A DNA stretch of 64,000 bases from Campylobacterota bacterium (GTDB lineage: Bacteria; Campylobacterota; Campylobacteria; Campylobacterales; Arcobacteraceae): assembly GCA_034718015.1 (NCBI GenBank), contig JAYEMI010000058.1, forward strand, positions 10 to 64,009, read 5' to 3'. The notes beneath the pieces were generated by a model, which was given only the letters and a program-made list of their open reading frames with translations, had not been told where the DNA came from and did not search any database. Position 1 is the stretch's first letter. Every line of letters begins with the position of its first letter. Of the stretch, positions 19,964-30,146 are shown piece after piece. The position numbers were made by a program, and so were the translations under genes.

Positions 19964-21064
19964 ATGGCAGAGTTTTTAAGTCAAGATGAGATTGATGCAC
20001 TTTTAGATATTGCAGATGAAGATGGTGATTTTGGTGAGATAGAGGAATCTACAAATACTAGTGCTAAAGATAAAAGTTATGCTATTTATGACTTTAAAAA
20101 GCCAAATCGTATTTCTGCTGAACAGATGAAAGCGTTTAATGCTTTACATGACAAAATGTTAAGAACTACAATAAGTGATGTCTCTGCAATGCTTAGAAAG
20201 ATTGTTGATATTAAACTTTATAGTATAGAACAGATGACTTATGGTGAATTTATTTTATCAATTCCTCAAATCACTAGCTTAAATACACTTTCTATTAAAC
20301 CTTTAGAGGGTAGAATTGTTCTTGAATGTAATCCTGGAATAAGTCATAAAATCATTGCACATCTTTTAGGAAATGGAGATAGTGCTTTAAGTGATTCAAC
20401 GGAAAAGGAGCTAACAGAGATAGAGATGCAGGTTTTTGACCATTTTTATCAGTTAATTGTTGGGCATCTTAAAAAAGCATGGGATGATGTGGCTACAATT
20501 AACTTTAAAATAGAAAGTAGAGATACAAATGCAAATGCAATACAAATTATTTCTGATCACGAGATAGTTTTACTTGTTGTATTTGAAATAACTATTGATG
20601 ATGAATCAGGCTTTTTATCTATTTGTTACCCAATCTCTTATATTGAGTCATTATTGAATGTGATTGTTGAAAAAGTTTTTGCTGAAGCTAAACATAAAAA
20701 AGTTAGTAAAAAGAAAGATATAAATACGCTTATTTCAGGTGCTAGAATGAAAATTGATGCAATGTTGGCTGAAACAGAATTGAGTGTAAAACAACTTCTT
20801 AATCTTCAAGAGGGGGATGTTATTTCTTTTAGCAAGAATGCTACAAGTTCATCAACAAAAGTTTATATAAACAATAAAGAGAAGTGGCAAGCAGTAGCAG
20901 GATCATCAAATAATAGAAAAGCTATACAAATACAGTCTAATATTGATCACGAGAAAATGGAGACATTGGCATCTCTTAAGGATTTAAACAATCAAAGAAG
21001 TGAAGAGACAAAAAAAGCAAATGAAGCTATTGCTAGATTATTAGAAACAAAGAATGACATATAA
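19964..21064 (+). CDS. fliM: Flagellar motor switch protein FliM
   Basis: LSQDEIDALL, YDFKKPNR, EQMTYGEF, ELTEIE, C-terminal SpoA domain. Confidence 0.95.
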   Translation: MAEFLSQDEIDALLDIADEDGDFGEIEESTNTSAKDKSYAIYDFKKPNRISAEQMKAFNALHDKMLRTTISDVSAMLRKIVDIKLYSIEQMTYGEFILSIPQITSLNTLSIKPLEGRIVLECNPGISHKIIAHLLGNGDSALSDSTEKELTEIEMQVFDHFYQLIVGHLKKAWDDVATINFKIESRDTNANAIQIISDHEIVLLVVFEITIDDESGFLSICYPISYIESLLNVIVEKVFAEAKHKKVSKKKDINTLISGARMKIDAMLAETELSVKQLLNLQEGDVISFSKNATSSSTKVYINNKEKWQAVAGSSNNRKAIQIQSNIDHEKMETLASLKDLNNQRSEETKKANEAIARLLETKNDI

Positions 21065-21097
21065 AAAACACTGTATTAAATTAATACAGTGTTTTTA
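21063..21097. terminator. Bidirectional terminator between fliM and fabG
   Basis: AAAAACACTGTATTAA-a-TTAATACAGTGTTTTT. Confidence 0.85.
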
Positions 21098-21107
21098 CTA
21101 GCTTATT

Positions 21108-21851
21108 TTAAACGTATAATCCACCATTAACTTTTAAAATCTCACCTGTGATATAAGTAGAGTGATCACTTAAAAGAAATGCAACTGCATCAGCTACTTC
21201 AGTAGCTTCACCAAATCTACTTAATGGTATATTTTTTTCATAGTTTTCTTTTACTTCAGGCTTTAGTTCATCTGTCATATCTGTTCTGATAAATCCTGGA
21301 GTTACCGCATTAAACCTAATAGCTCTTGCTGAACCCTCTTTTGCAAATGCTTTAGTCATTGTATTTACTCCACCTTTAGATGCTGAGTAGTTTGTTTGAC
21401 CTGGATTTCCCATCTCTCCAACAATTGATGAGATATTTACAACTGCTCCAAATTTCTTTTTAGACATAGCTTTAAGAGCATCTCTGCACCCTATAAATGT
21501 TGATTTAAGATTTGCATTAATAACATCATCAAAATCGTCTACTGACATTCTTATTGCAAGTTTATCTTTTGTAATTCCTGCATTGTTTACAAGATAGCTC
21601 AATGCCCCATCAGCATCAACTATAGTTTTAATCATATCTGACCAGTCTGCTTCCACTGATACATCACCTTTAATAACTGCAGCTGTTCCGCCTGCATTTT
21701 CAATAGCCTCTTTTACTGCATCAGCAAGTTCTGGCTTACTTCTATAATTAATCCAAACTTTTAGTCCATAAGACGCTAACTGTTTCGCAACTTGGGCACC
21801 TATCCCTTTACTTGCACCTGTTACTAATACATTTGTTCCTGTAAATTTCAT
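21108..21851 (-). CDS. fabG: 3-oxoacyl-ACP reductase
   Basis: TGASKGIG, NNAGITKD, YSASK, PGFIRTDMT, VNGGL. Confidence 0.95.
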   Translation of the reverse strand: MKFTGTNVLVTGASKGIGAQVAKQLASYGLKVWINYRSKPELADAVKEAIENAGGTAAVIKGDVSVEADWSDMIKTIVDADGALSYLVNNAGITKDKLAIRMSVDDFDDVINANLKSTFIGCRDALKAMSKKKFGAVVNISSIVGEMGNPGQTNYSASKGGVNTMTKAFAKEGSARAIRFNAVTPGFIRTDMTDELKPEVKENYEKNIPLSRFGEATEVADAVAFLLSDHSTYITGEILKVNGGLYV

Positions 21852-21871
21852 ATTTATCCTTTTTAAATTAT

Positions 21872-22744
21872 CTAGTCTATATATCTTTTTGTGATGTTAT
21901 TATAGCATTCTATTCTTCTATCTCGTAAAAATGGCCACCATCTTCTTACATTTTCACTTCTTTTTAAATCAATTTCACTATAAAGTATCTCTTCATTTTG
22001 ATGATTAGCATGTGCTAGGTATTCCCCTTGTGGTCCAAAAACAAATGAATTTCCCCAAAAGTTTGTACCTTCTAGTACGCCCATATCATCTTTTTCAAAC
22101 CCTACACGGTTTACAGTTACTACTGGTATTCCATTGGCTACTGCATGTCCTCTTTGTACTGCTATCCAAGCTTCAAGTTGTCTTTGCTTCTCAGCTTTTT
22201 CATCATCTTCAAACCAACCAATAGCAGTAGGATATATAAGTATATCAGCACCTTTTAGTACCATAAGTCTAGCAGCTTCAGGGTACCATTGATCCCAGCA
22301 AATAAGAACTCCAAGCTTACCAACACTTGTTTGAATTGGCTCAAATCCCATATCACCAGGCGTGAAATAAAACTTCTCGTAAAAGCCAGGATCATCGGGT
22401 ATATGCATCTTTCTATATCTACCAGCTACACTTCCATCTTTTTCAAATACAACTGCAGTGTTATGATATAGACCTGCAGCTCTTTTTTCAAACAGTGATG
22501 TTACTAAAACTATAGAGTTCTTTTTAGCAACATCACCCCAAAATTTTATATCATCTTCCCAAGAATTTGCTAGGTCAAATGTATCTACATTTTCATTTTG
22601 ACAAAAATAGTGAGTTTGGTGCAACTCCTGAAGTACCACTAAATCACTTCCATTTTTACTAGCCTCTTCTATTTTAGAAACTGTAGCTTTTATCGTTTCC
22701 TCTTTCGAGTCATAATATTTTTGTTGAACTAATGCTATTTTCAT
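21872..22744 (-). CDS. aguB: N-carbamoylputrescine amidase (nitrilase family)
   Basis: QEL, YRKMHIPDDPGFYEKFYF, ICWDQWYPE; adjacent to agmatine deiminase. Confidence 0.88.
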   Translation of the reverse strand: MKIALVQQKYYDSKEETIKATVSKIEEASKNGSDLVVLQELHQTHYFCQNENVDTFDLANSWEDDIKFWGDVAKKNSIVLVTSLFEKRAAGLYHNTAVVFEKDGSVAGRYRKMHIPDDPGFYEKFYFTPGDMGFEPIQTSVGKLGVLICWDQWYPEAARLMVLKGADILIYPTAIGWFEDDEKAEKQRQLEAWIAVQRGHAVANGIPVVTVNRVGFEKDDMGVLEGTNFWGNSFVFGPQGEYLAHANHQNEEILYSEIDLKRSENVRRWWPFLRDRRIECYNNITKRYID

Positions 22745-22759
22745 AAATCTACCTCTTTA

Positions 22760-23770
22760 TTATTTAATCTTCGGATACTGCATAGTTACACAGTGTAAAC
22801 TTCCATGTTGTTTGATAAGTGTAGTGCAATCGATACCTATAATATCTCTTTTAGGAAAGATTGTTTTAAATATATCAAAAGCTTTTTTATCATTTTTATC
22901 TTGATATGTAGGTACTAAAACTGCCCCATTTATGATTAAAAAGTTTGCATAAGTTGCTGGTAGTCTATCATCTTCATCCCATTTTGCATTTATCCATGGT
23001 AATGCTATGAGAGTATAAGGTAATCCTTTGCTATTTCTAAATGTTTTAAGTTCATTTTTCATCTTTTTTAGTATTTCATAATGTTCATCTTTTTCATCAT
23101 CACAAGATTGGTAAACTATAGTATTATTTGGACAAAATCGTGCAAGTGTATCTATATGACTATCTGTGTCATCTCCAACTAAAGCACCACTATTTAACCA
23201 TAATATTTTTCTAGCTCCCAAATACTCCATAAGTTTTTTTTCTATGGTATTTTTTGTTAGTCTTGGATTTCTATTTTTCTCCATTAGACATTCAGTAGTA
23301 GTCATAACTACGCCATCGCCATCACTCTCTATTGCACCACCCTCAAGTACAAATGGGATAGTTTTATGAGAATATGCTTTTAGAAGACCTTTGAGTTTTA
23401 GTTGTTTAGTGATTTTATCATCTTTTTTATAAGGGAACTTTTTACCCCAAGCATTAAAACTAAAATCTAATATAGTATTTTTATTGTTTTGTTGTACTGT
23501 AATACCACCAAAATCTCTTGACCAAGTATCATCGCTAGGAATTCTTACAAATGTTAAATTTTTTTTATTTTTATTGGTTTCAAATAGTGATTTTGTATAG
23601 GCTAGGCTGGATGTCACTATTAAACATTTTTGGTATTTTATAATATTTTTGGCAATCTCTACAAATGTATTAATAGCATCATCTAAGTATTCGTTCCAAT
23701 CAGTCTCTTTGTGTGGAAACACTAGTTGTACAAACTCTTGATCTTCCCACTCTGCAGGCAATCTTATCAT
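22760..23770 (-). CDS. aguA: Agmatine deiminase family protein
   Basis: PAEWE, WSRDFG, FNAWG, EGGAIESDG, DTDSHID, GSLHCVTMQ. Confidence 0.9.
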   Translation of the reverse strand: MIRLPAEWEDQEFVQLVFPHKETDWNEYLDDAINTFVEIAKNIIKYQKCLIVTSSLAYTKSLFETNKNKKNLTFVRIPSDDTWSRDFGGITVQQNNKNTILDFSFNAWGKKFPYKKDDKITKQLKLKGLLKAYSHKTIPFVLEGGAIESDGDGVVMTTTECLMEKNRNPRLTKNTIEKKLMEYLGARKILWLNSGALVGDDTDSHIDTLARFCPNNTIVYQSCDDEKDEHYEILKKMKNELKTFRNSKGLPYTLIALPWINAKWDEDDRLPATYANFLIINGAVLVPTYQDKNDKKAFDIFKTIFPKRDIIGIDCTTLIKQHGSLHCVTMQYPKIK

Positions 23771-23773
23771 ATC

Positions 23774-24526
23774 TTAAACTCCTCTTTTATTATCCCAAAC
23801 TCTTATATGTAATCTATCTGAGTACATATATCCTTTTTGTAATGCAAACTCTATAACACTTAAAGAATTTTTATCAATAATTTCAGCAGTGTCACCTAAA
23901 GGCATAAGATATACTTCACATTGTGGTATTTGATTTAGAATATCATCTATCTCTTTTGAGGCAAGCGGTAAAAACTCTTTATCAATTACAAATTTTAAGT
24001 AGCTGTCATCACAAAAGTTTATAATATTAGTCAATGTATTTACATTTACTCTTTTATTTAAAGGTTCACCACTATTGCTTAATTTTACGCTGTTTGAAAA
24101 TAGTATTTTTTTTTGCCACTCCTCTTTAAATGATATATCTATAGAAGCATTTGTTTCAATGGTGATCTTATAATCATGTGTGATATAATAGTGCATAAAT
24201 TTTTGGAACTCTATATCATCCCAATATAAAAGTGGTTCACCACCAGTAATAACTATATCAACTTTGTAGTTTGGAAGTAGTTTGTTTACCTTTTCTATTA
24301 ATGGCTTAGAATTTTCATATTTTTCCCACTCATCACGAAAAGCTATATCTGAAGCATGAAAACTATCACAAGAACATTTTTTAATACCACTAGGTGTTTC
24401 ATACTCTACTTCAAACCCAGCACATTGCATATTGCACTTGCCAAATCTAACAAATACGGAGGGTGTTCCTACTTTTTTACCCTCACCTTGTATAGTGGGT
24501 CCAAAAATTTCATTAACTTCTAACAT
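23774..24526 (-). CDS. queE: 7-carboxy-7-deazaguanine synthase (radical SAM)
   Basis: EIFGPTIQGEG, FVRFGKCNMQC, ITGGEP, IETNA, RLHIRVW. Confidence 0.88.
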   Translation of the reverse strand: MLEVNEIFGPTIQGEGKKVGTPSVFVRFGKCNMQCAGFEVEYETPSGIKKCSCDSFHASDIAFRDEWEKYENSKPLIEKVNKLLPNYKVDIVITGGEPLLYWDDIEFQKFMHYYITHDYKITIETNASIDISFKEEWQKKILFSNSVKLSNSGEPLNKRVNVNTLTNIINFCDDSYLKFVIDKEFLPLASKEIDDILNQIPQCEVYLMPLGDTAEIIDKNSLSVIEFALQKGYMYSDRLHIRVWDNKRGV

Positions 24527-24589
24527 AAATGGGTTTATTCCTTATAAGGGTAAATTATTTGACATTATATCAAAATGGTTTAATTTTAG

Positions 24590-24631
24590 TATAAAAAAAG
24601 GGATAGATAATTAAATCTACCCCTTTTTATA
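24590..24631 (-). terminator. Intrinsic terminator after rplT
   Basis: GC-stem hairpin followed by a T-run on the minus strand. Confidence 0.75.
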
Positions 24632-24645
24632 ATTGCTGTTAAAGA

Positions 24646-25002
24646 TTAAGCTAAAGCTTTTTTAGCACTTTCTACAACAGATGCAAATGCTGTTGCATCA
24701 TTCATAGCCATATCAGCTAATATTTTTCTATCAAGTTCAATGTTTGCTTGTTTTAAACCGTTCATGAATACTGAATAAGTCATACCGTTTAATCTACATG
24801 CTGCATTGATTCTAACAATCCAAAGTCTTCTGAAATCTCTTTTCTTTTGTCTTCTATCTCTATAAGAGTATACTAAAGCATGCTCTACTGCTTCTTTAGC
24901 TTTTCTAAAATGTTTTCTTCTACCACTGTAGAAACCCTTAGCCATTTTAAGGATTTTTTTGTGTCTAGCTCTTCTTACTGTACCAGTTTTTACTCTTGGC
25001 AT
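24646..25002 (-). CDS. rplT: 50S ribosomal protein L20
   Basis: MPRVKTG...[22 protein letters not shown]; start placed at 25002. Confidence 0.98.
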   Translation of the reverse strand: MPRVKTGTVRRARHKKILKMAKGFYSGRRKHFRKAKEAVEHALVYSYRDRRQKKRDFRRLWIVRINAACRLNGMTYSVFMNGLKQANIELDRKILADMAMNDATAFASVVESAKKALA

Positions 25003-25090
25003 ATTATTTCCTTTCTTTACCACCATACTTTTGTATGTAGGTGTCTGTACAAATTGTACTGATCTTGTCCGAATTAATCGGAGGGACTAT
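25003..25090 (-). ncRNA. Candidate structured cis-regulatory RNA upstream of rplT
   Basis: Three small hairpins (TCCGA/TCGGA, GTAC/GTAC, CATAC/GTATG) plus a GTC/GAC closing pair, ending at the SD. Confidence 0.5.
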
Positions 25091-25117
25091 ATTCTTAAAA
25101 AAGTTTTAGAATAAAGC

Positions 25118-25315
25118 TTACGCTTTATTTAACATTCTTTTTACTCTTGTTGAATCTGCATCATCAACAACTTTTGGACCTCTTAAGTTTACTTTTCTAG
25201 TTTGACTCATCTTTGTAAGGATGTGACTTCTAAAAGCACTTCCTCTTTTGATTGAACCATTTTTTTTCACTTTAAATCTTTTTAAAGCTCCACTATTAGA
25301 TTTCATCTTTGGCAT
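25118..25315 (-). CDS. rpmI: 50S ribosomal protein L35
   Basis: [15 protein letters not shown]...HILTK. Confidence 0.97.
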   Translation of the reverse strand: MPKMKSNSGALKRFKVKKNGSIKRGSAFRSHILTKMSQTRKVNLRGPKVVDDADSTRVKRMLNKA

Positions 25316-25362
25316 TGTTAGGCTCCTTTAATAAATTTTAGTTAAGGTTGGGATAATATAAA

Positions 25363-25399
25363 TAAAAAATCCACAAACTTAAATAAGTTGTGGATTATA
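25363..25399 (-). terminator. Terminator after infC overlapping a TATAAT box for rpmI
   Basis: Minus strand TATAATCCACAACTTatttAAGTTTGTGGATTTTTT. Confidence 0.6.
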
Positions 25400-25440
25400 T
25401 CTTAAAAGTGCTTTATTAAATTTTAAATAAAGTATATGTT

Positions 25441-25974
25441 TTACTTTTTAGCTGGAACAACCAACATATTTACATATCTACCTTCAAGTTTTGGTTCATT
25501 TTCTTTGATTGCTATATCTTCTACCATAGGCCATACTCTATTTAGTACTTCAGCACCAGCAGCTGGATTAGCCATCTCTCTACCTCTTAAAAATACTCTA
25601 AATTTTACATGATTCCCTTTTTCTAGAAATTCAATAGCATGTTTAACTTTATAATCAATATCATTTTGTGCAATTTTTACAGATAGTTTTATCTCTTTTG
25701 TTACAATGATTTTTTGATTCTTCTTAGCTTCTTTTTTCTTTTTCTCTAATTGGTATTTAAATTTACCATAGTTCATAATCTTAACAACAGGCGGTTTAGC
25801 AGTCGCAGCTATACAAACTAAATCAAGACCAGCTTCATCAGCTAAGGCTAATGCTTCTTTTGAACTCATTATCCCAAGTGATGCACCATCTTCACCGTTA
25901 CATCTAACTTCTTTAAAACGAATCTCTTCGTTCATTAATGTATCGTCTTCTTTTTTATTGTTTTTAAAACTCAA
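25441..25974 (-). CDS. infC: Translation initiation factor IF-3
   Basis: [31 protein letters not shown]; TTG start overlapping the thrS TGA. Confidence 0.97.
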   Translation of the reverse strand: MSFKNNKKEDDTLMNEEIRFKEVRCNGEDGASLGIMSSKEALALADEAGLDLVCIAATAKPPVVKIMNYGKFKYQLEKKKKEAKKNQKIIVTKEIKLSVKIAQNDIDYKVKHAIEFLEKGNHVKFRVFLRGREMANPAAGAEVLNRVWPMVEDIAIKENEPKLEGRYVNMLVVPAKK

Positions 25975-27788
25975 ATTTTATCCCCTGCTTGATTTTGTTT
26001 TAGCATATCTAAAAATTCAATTTTAGACATCCCACTTCTTTCTCTTTTTCTTCTATCTCTTATGGCTACATTGGAGTTTGCAACTTCGTCATCACCAACA
26101 ACAACTATCATTGGAACTCTTTGTTTTTCAGCAATTCTGATTCTTTTGTTTAAACTTTCATTTTGATTGAAGATCTCACTATCTATCTCTATTGCTTGTA
26201 ACTCTTTTGCTAGCTCTTTTGCATATTCATTATGTGACTCTGCAATAGGGACAATAATTACTCCAGTTGGTGCAATACTCATAGGAAATTCACCTGCAAA
26301 GTGCTCTGTCATAATTCCAATAAATCTTTCGAAACTACCTAAAATAGCTCTATGAATCATCACTGGTCTTTCACGTGTATCACTAGAAGTTGTATAGTTT
26401 ATATCAAACCTCTCAGGTAAATTCATATCAACTTGAATTGTACCACATTGCCATTTTCTTCCAATTGCATCAAGAATTTTAATATCGATTTTTGGACCAT
26501 AAAATGCACCACCACCTTCATCAATTCCATAAGAATAACCATTTTCATCTAAAGCATCTTTTATACCTTTGGTTGTAGATTCCCAAAATGCATCATCACC
26601 AATAGCTTTCGCTGGTTTAGTAGAAACTTCCATCTCGTACTCAAATCCAAAGTGAGACATTAAGCTTTCAACAAACTCTATCACCTCTATTATTACAGAT
26701 TTAACTTGATCTTGCGTACAAAATATATGTGCATCATCTTGCGTAAATTCTCTAACTCTAAATAACCCATGCATAGCACCACTTAACTCATGTCTGTGAA
26801 CTACACCATATTCAAAGAACTTAAGAGGTAAATCTTTATATGAAACTAAATCATTTTTGAATATCTCAATATGACCAACACAGTTCATTGGTTTAAGTCC
26901 ATACTCCATATCATCGATTTTAGTAAAATACATATTCTCTTTATAGTTTGCATAGTGACCAGATTTTACCCACGCTTCTGCTTTAAGTATCTCAGGAGCT
27001 CTTACAGGTTGGTAACCTCTAACTCTGTGTGCTTTATATAAAAGTTGTTCTAGTTTACCTCTTAGTCTTGCACCTGCTGGTAACCATAAAGGAAGTCCAG
27101 CACCTACATCATCACTAAATGTAAAAAGTTTTAAATCAGTTCCTAGTCTTCTATGATCTCTTTTTGCAGCTTCTTCCATCATAGTGTTATAGTCTTTTAA
27201 CTCTTGTTTATCGAAAAATGAGATACCATATATTCTAGTAATCATCTCATTTTTTTCATCACCACCAAGATAAGCTCCAGCAACTCTGATAAGTTTAAAG
27301 TTTCTAACCATTTTAGTATTTGGAAGATGTGGTCCTCTGCATAAATCTACAAAATCACCTTGAGAATATGTAGTAAGAGTATCATCTGTTATGTTTTTTA
27401 AAACCATCTGTTTTAATGGGTCATGAGCAAATTTAGAATTAAACTCTTCTCTTGAAACAACATCTCTTGTAATTGGTTGTTTTTTACCAGCTAGCTCTTT
27501 CATCTTTTTTTCTATTATTTTTAAGTCATCATCATTTAATTGTGAATCCAACTTAAAGTCATAATAAAAACCTTCAGAAACAACAGGTCCAACAAAAAAT
27601 TGTGCTTCAGGGTGTAGCTCTTTTATCGCTTGAGCCATTAAATGTGCAGTTGAATGTCTTAAGATGCTTAAAGCATCAGAAGAGCTATCTGCGTTTATTT
27701 TTTCATTTTCTAATATCTCTATATTTAGAGCTTCTACAGTTTGAAGGTCAAAAACCTGACCATCTTTTTTTATACCGATGCAGTCCAA
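25971..27788 (-). CDS. thrS: Threonyl-tRNA synthetase
   Basis: [46 protein letters not shown]. Confidence 0.98.
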   Translation of the reverse strand: MDCIGIKKDGQVFDLQTVEALNIEILENEKINADSSSDALSILRHSTAHLMAQAIKELHPEAQFFVGPVVSEGFYYDFKLDSQLNDDDLKIIEKKMKELAGKKQPITRDVVSREEFNSKFAHDPLKQMVLKNITDDTLTTYSQGDFVDLCRGPHLPNTKMVRNFKLIRVAGAYLGGDEKNEMITRIYGISFFDKQELKDYNTMMEEAAKRDHRRLGTDLKLFTFSDDVGAGLPLWLPAGARLRGKLEQLLYKAHRVRGYQPVRAPEILKAEAWVKSGHYANYKENMYFTKIDDMEYGLKPMNCVGHIEIFKNDLVSYKDLPLKFFEYGVVHRHELSGAMHGLFRVREFTQDDAHIFCTQDQVKSVIIEVIEFVESLMSHFGFEYEMEVSTKPAKAIGDDAFWESTTKGIKDALDENGYSYGIDEGGGAFYGPKIDIKILDAIGRKWQCGTIQVDMNLPERFDINYTTSSDTRERPVMIHRAILGSFERFIGIMTEHFAGEFPMSIAPTGVIIVPIAESHNEYAKELAKELQAIEIDSEIFNQNESLNKRIRIAEKQRVPMIVVVGDDEVANSNVAIRDRRKRERSGMSKIEFLDMLKQNQAGDKI

Positions 27789-27847
27789 TAAAGTCCTTTT
27801 TTTAATATTTTTTTAAATTAGTATAGTTTATCAAAGATTAACTTTAT

Positions 27848-28921
27848 TTAACTATAGACAGATTTGAGATTTGAAATTTTTGAATTCATATTTAATAATA
27901 GCATATCTACAAGTATCAAACTCATCATTGATTCACAAACTACACTACCTCTTAAAGCAACACATGGATCATGTCTACCTTTTAGATTGTAAATCTCATC
28001 TTCATTATTTGTATTAACAGTTTTTTGCTCTTTAAAAATAGATGGAGTTGGTTTAAAATATATTTTTGTAATTATATCATCCCCATTACTTATACCACCA
28101 AGTATTCCACCGCTATGATTTGATTCAAACCCTTTTGAAGTTATCTGGTCATTATTTAAACTACCTTTACTTCTACTAGCTTCAATTCCATCCCCAATCT
28201 CTACAGCTTTTACTGCATTTAATCCCATCATGGCTGATGCTATTTGACCATCAAGTTTATGGTACATAGGTTCACCTAGTCCTATTGGTACATTAGAAGC
28301 TTTTACAACAACTACTCCACCAATAGAATCATGTGAATTTAGAGCCTCTTTAATAGCATTTTTTTGTTGTTCTTCCATATCTTTATCAAGAGCAAATATT
28401 TCACTTTTTGTTGAATAATCAAAATCAAGTTTATTAGATTTTATACCTCCAGCTTCACAAATTCCACTTTGTACTTTTATATTTAGCTCTTCTAAAATAA
28501 GTTTTGCAATTGCTCCAGCTGCAACTCTTGATGCAGTTTCTCTAGCACTACTTCTTCCTCCACCTCTATAATCTCTTATTCCATATTTGTGAAAATATGT
28601 AAAGTCTGCATGACCTGGTCTAAAAAGGTCTTTTACATTTGAATAATCACGGCTTTTTTGATTTTCATTGTATAAAACCATTGATATTGGCGTACCTGTA
28701 CTGTATCCTTCAAATACTCCACTTAAAATTTGAATAGTATCACTCTCTTTTCTTTGTGTTTCAAATTTTGTTTTTCCTGGTTTTCTTCTATCCATCTCGC
28801 TTTGTATAAAATCTAAATCAATTTTAACCCCAGCTGGAACTCCATCAACTATACACCCTAAAGCAACTCCATGAGATTCTCCAAATGTAGTAAACTTGAA
28901 TCTTTCCCCAAAACTATTCAT
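27848..28921 (-). CDS. aroC: Chorismate synthase
   Basis: GESHG, RPGHADF, RGGGRSSARETA, GRHDPC. Confidence 0.98.
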   Translation of the reverse strand: MNSFGERFKFTTFGESHGVALGCIVDGVPAGVKIDLDFIQSEMDRRKPGKTKFETQRKESDTIQILSGVFEGYSTGTPISMVLYNENQKSRDYSNVKDLFRPGHADFTYFHKYGIRDYRGGGRSSARETASRVAAGAIAKLILEELNIKVQSGICEAGGIKSNKLDFDYSTKSEIFALDKDMEEQQKNAIKEALNSHDSIGGVVVVKASNVPIGLGEPMYHKLDGQIASAMMGLNAVKAVEIGDGIEASRSKGSLNNDQITSKGFESNHSGGILGGISNGDDIITKIYFKPTPSIFKEQKTVNTNNEDEIYNLKGRHDPCVALRGSVVCESMMSLILVDMLLLNMNSKISNLKSVYS

Positions 28922-29598
28922 TATTTATCACCTTGTAGTTTATTAAGTGCAATTTTTGCAGATGCTTGTTGTGCTAGTTTTTTGCTTTTACCTTTTGCAG
29001 TTGCGTAGTGTTTATCATTTATCCAAAGACTTAATTCAAACTCTTTTTCATGATCTGGACCAATAGCTGATTCTAATTTATACACTGGAATTGCTCCAAA
29101 TTTTGCTTGAGTTACCTCTTGTAAAGCTGTTTTATAATCACAAAATAGTTCATCTAAATTTATCTCATCATAGTTTTCATCAAGAAGTTTTAATATCATA
29201 GGTTTTAATACATTTAAATCTGATTCTATATAAATTGCACCCATAATAGCTTCAAAAGCATCACTTAAAATAGATGCTTTTGCTCGACCTTTATTTCTCT
29301 CTTCAGCTTCAGATAGATAGATATAATCGCCTAAGTTAATAGCAAGGGCTAACTTTGTGAAACCTTTTTCATTTACTAAACTAGCTCTTATTTTTGATAA
29401 TTCACCTTCGTTTGATGATGGGAATTTATTGAATAAAAATTCTCCAACAATAAGGTTTAAAACAGCATCACCTAAAAACTCTAGTCTTTCATTGTTGTAT
29501 ACTTTTTTATAACTTTTGTGTGTAAGTGCTTCGATTATCAGGTCTTTATTTGTAAACTGATAATCCAAGCACTTCTCAAGTTCTTGATATTTTTTCAT
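28921..29598 (-). CDS. rnc: Ribonuclease III
   Basis: [21 protein letters not shown]-terminal dsRBD. Confidence 0.98.
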   Translation of the reverse strand: MKKYQELEKCLDYQFTNKDLIIEALTHKSYKKVYNNERLEFLGDAVLNLIVGEFLFNKFPSSNEGELSKIRASLVNEKGFTKLALAINLGDYIYLSEAEERNKGRAKASILSDAFEAIMGAIYIESDLNVLKPMILKLLDENYDEINLDELFCDYKTALQEVTQAKFGAIPVYKLESAIGPDHEKEFELSLWINDKHYATAKGKSKKLAQQASAKIALNKLQGDK

Positions 29599-29705
29599 TT
29601 GTTGCCTTTTGTGTAATTTAAAATTATTATATCATATTATAACTTTTAAAGATTTTCATGTTTTAAAATTGATTGAGGGGTATTTTGTAGTAAAGGGAAT
29701 TAAGT

Positions 29706-29732
29706 AGTAAGTATACTTTTAATACTTACTAT
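29706..29732 (-). terminator. Hairpin after small membrane protein gene
   Basis: TAGTAAGTAT-n7-ATACTTACTA. Confidence 0.45.
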
Positions 29733-29758
29733 TTTAAAGTATTGTTGATTTAATAGTT

Positions 29759-29962
29759 TTAGTTTTTTGTTGTGTTTATGCCAGGTTTTTCTGGTGTACC
29801 TACATATTCATCTACATCATTAAATGAAAATTTAATAATCCCATACACTACACTTATAACTAATAATCCTATTATTACAAAGTTTATTGTTTTTCTTTTC
29901 TCTTTTGGCTCGTTATTATTATAATCATCTATTTGATTCATTGTTGGTTCGTTATCTAACAT
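29759..29962 (-). CDS. Small single-TM hypothetical protein
   Basis: SD AAGG; 67 aa with one hydrophobic segment (FVIIGLLVISVVYGII). Confidence 0.7.
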   Translation of the reverse strand: MLDNEPTMNQIDDYNNNEPKEKRKTINFVIIGLLVISVVYGIIKFSFNDVDEYVGTPEKPGINTTKN

Positions 29963-30146
29963 TTTATAACCTTTATTTTAAGATATATAGCTAAAGATGT
30001 GTTGTCTCTAGCTAAAAGTTTTAAAGCTTTACGCTTTTATTTAAAAAGGAGAGTGTATAAACACTTTTAAAATTGTAGTAAAAAATATTTAATAGAGTCT
30101 TAAATTATATTTTTAAATTATGTTTATTATAATATAATCTTAATAA

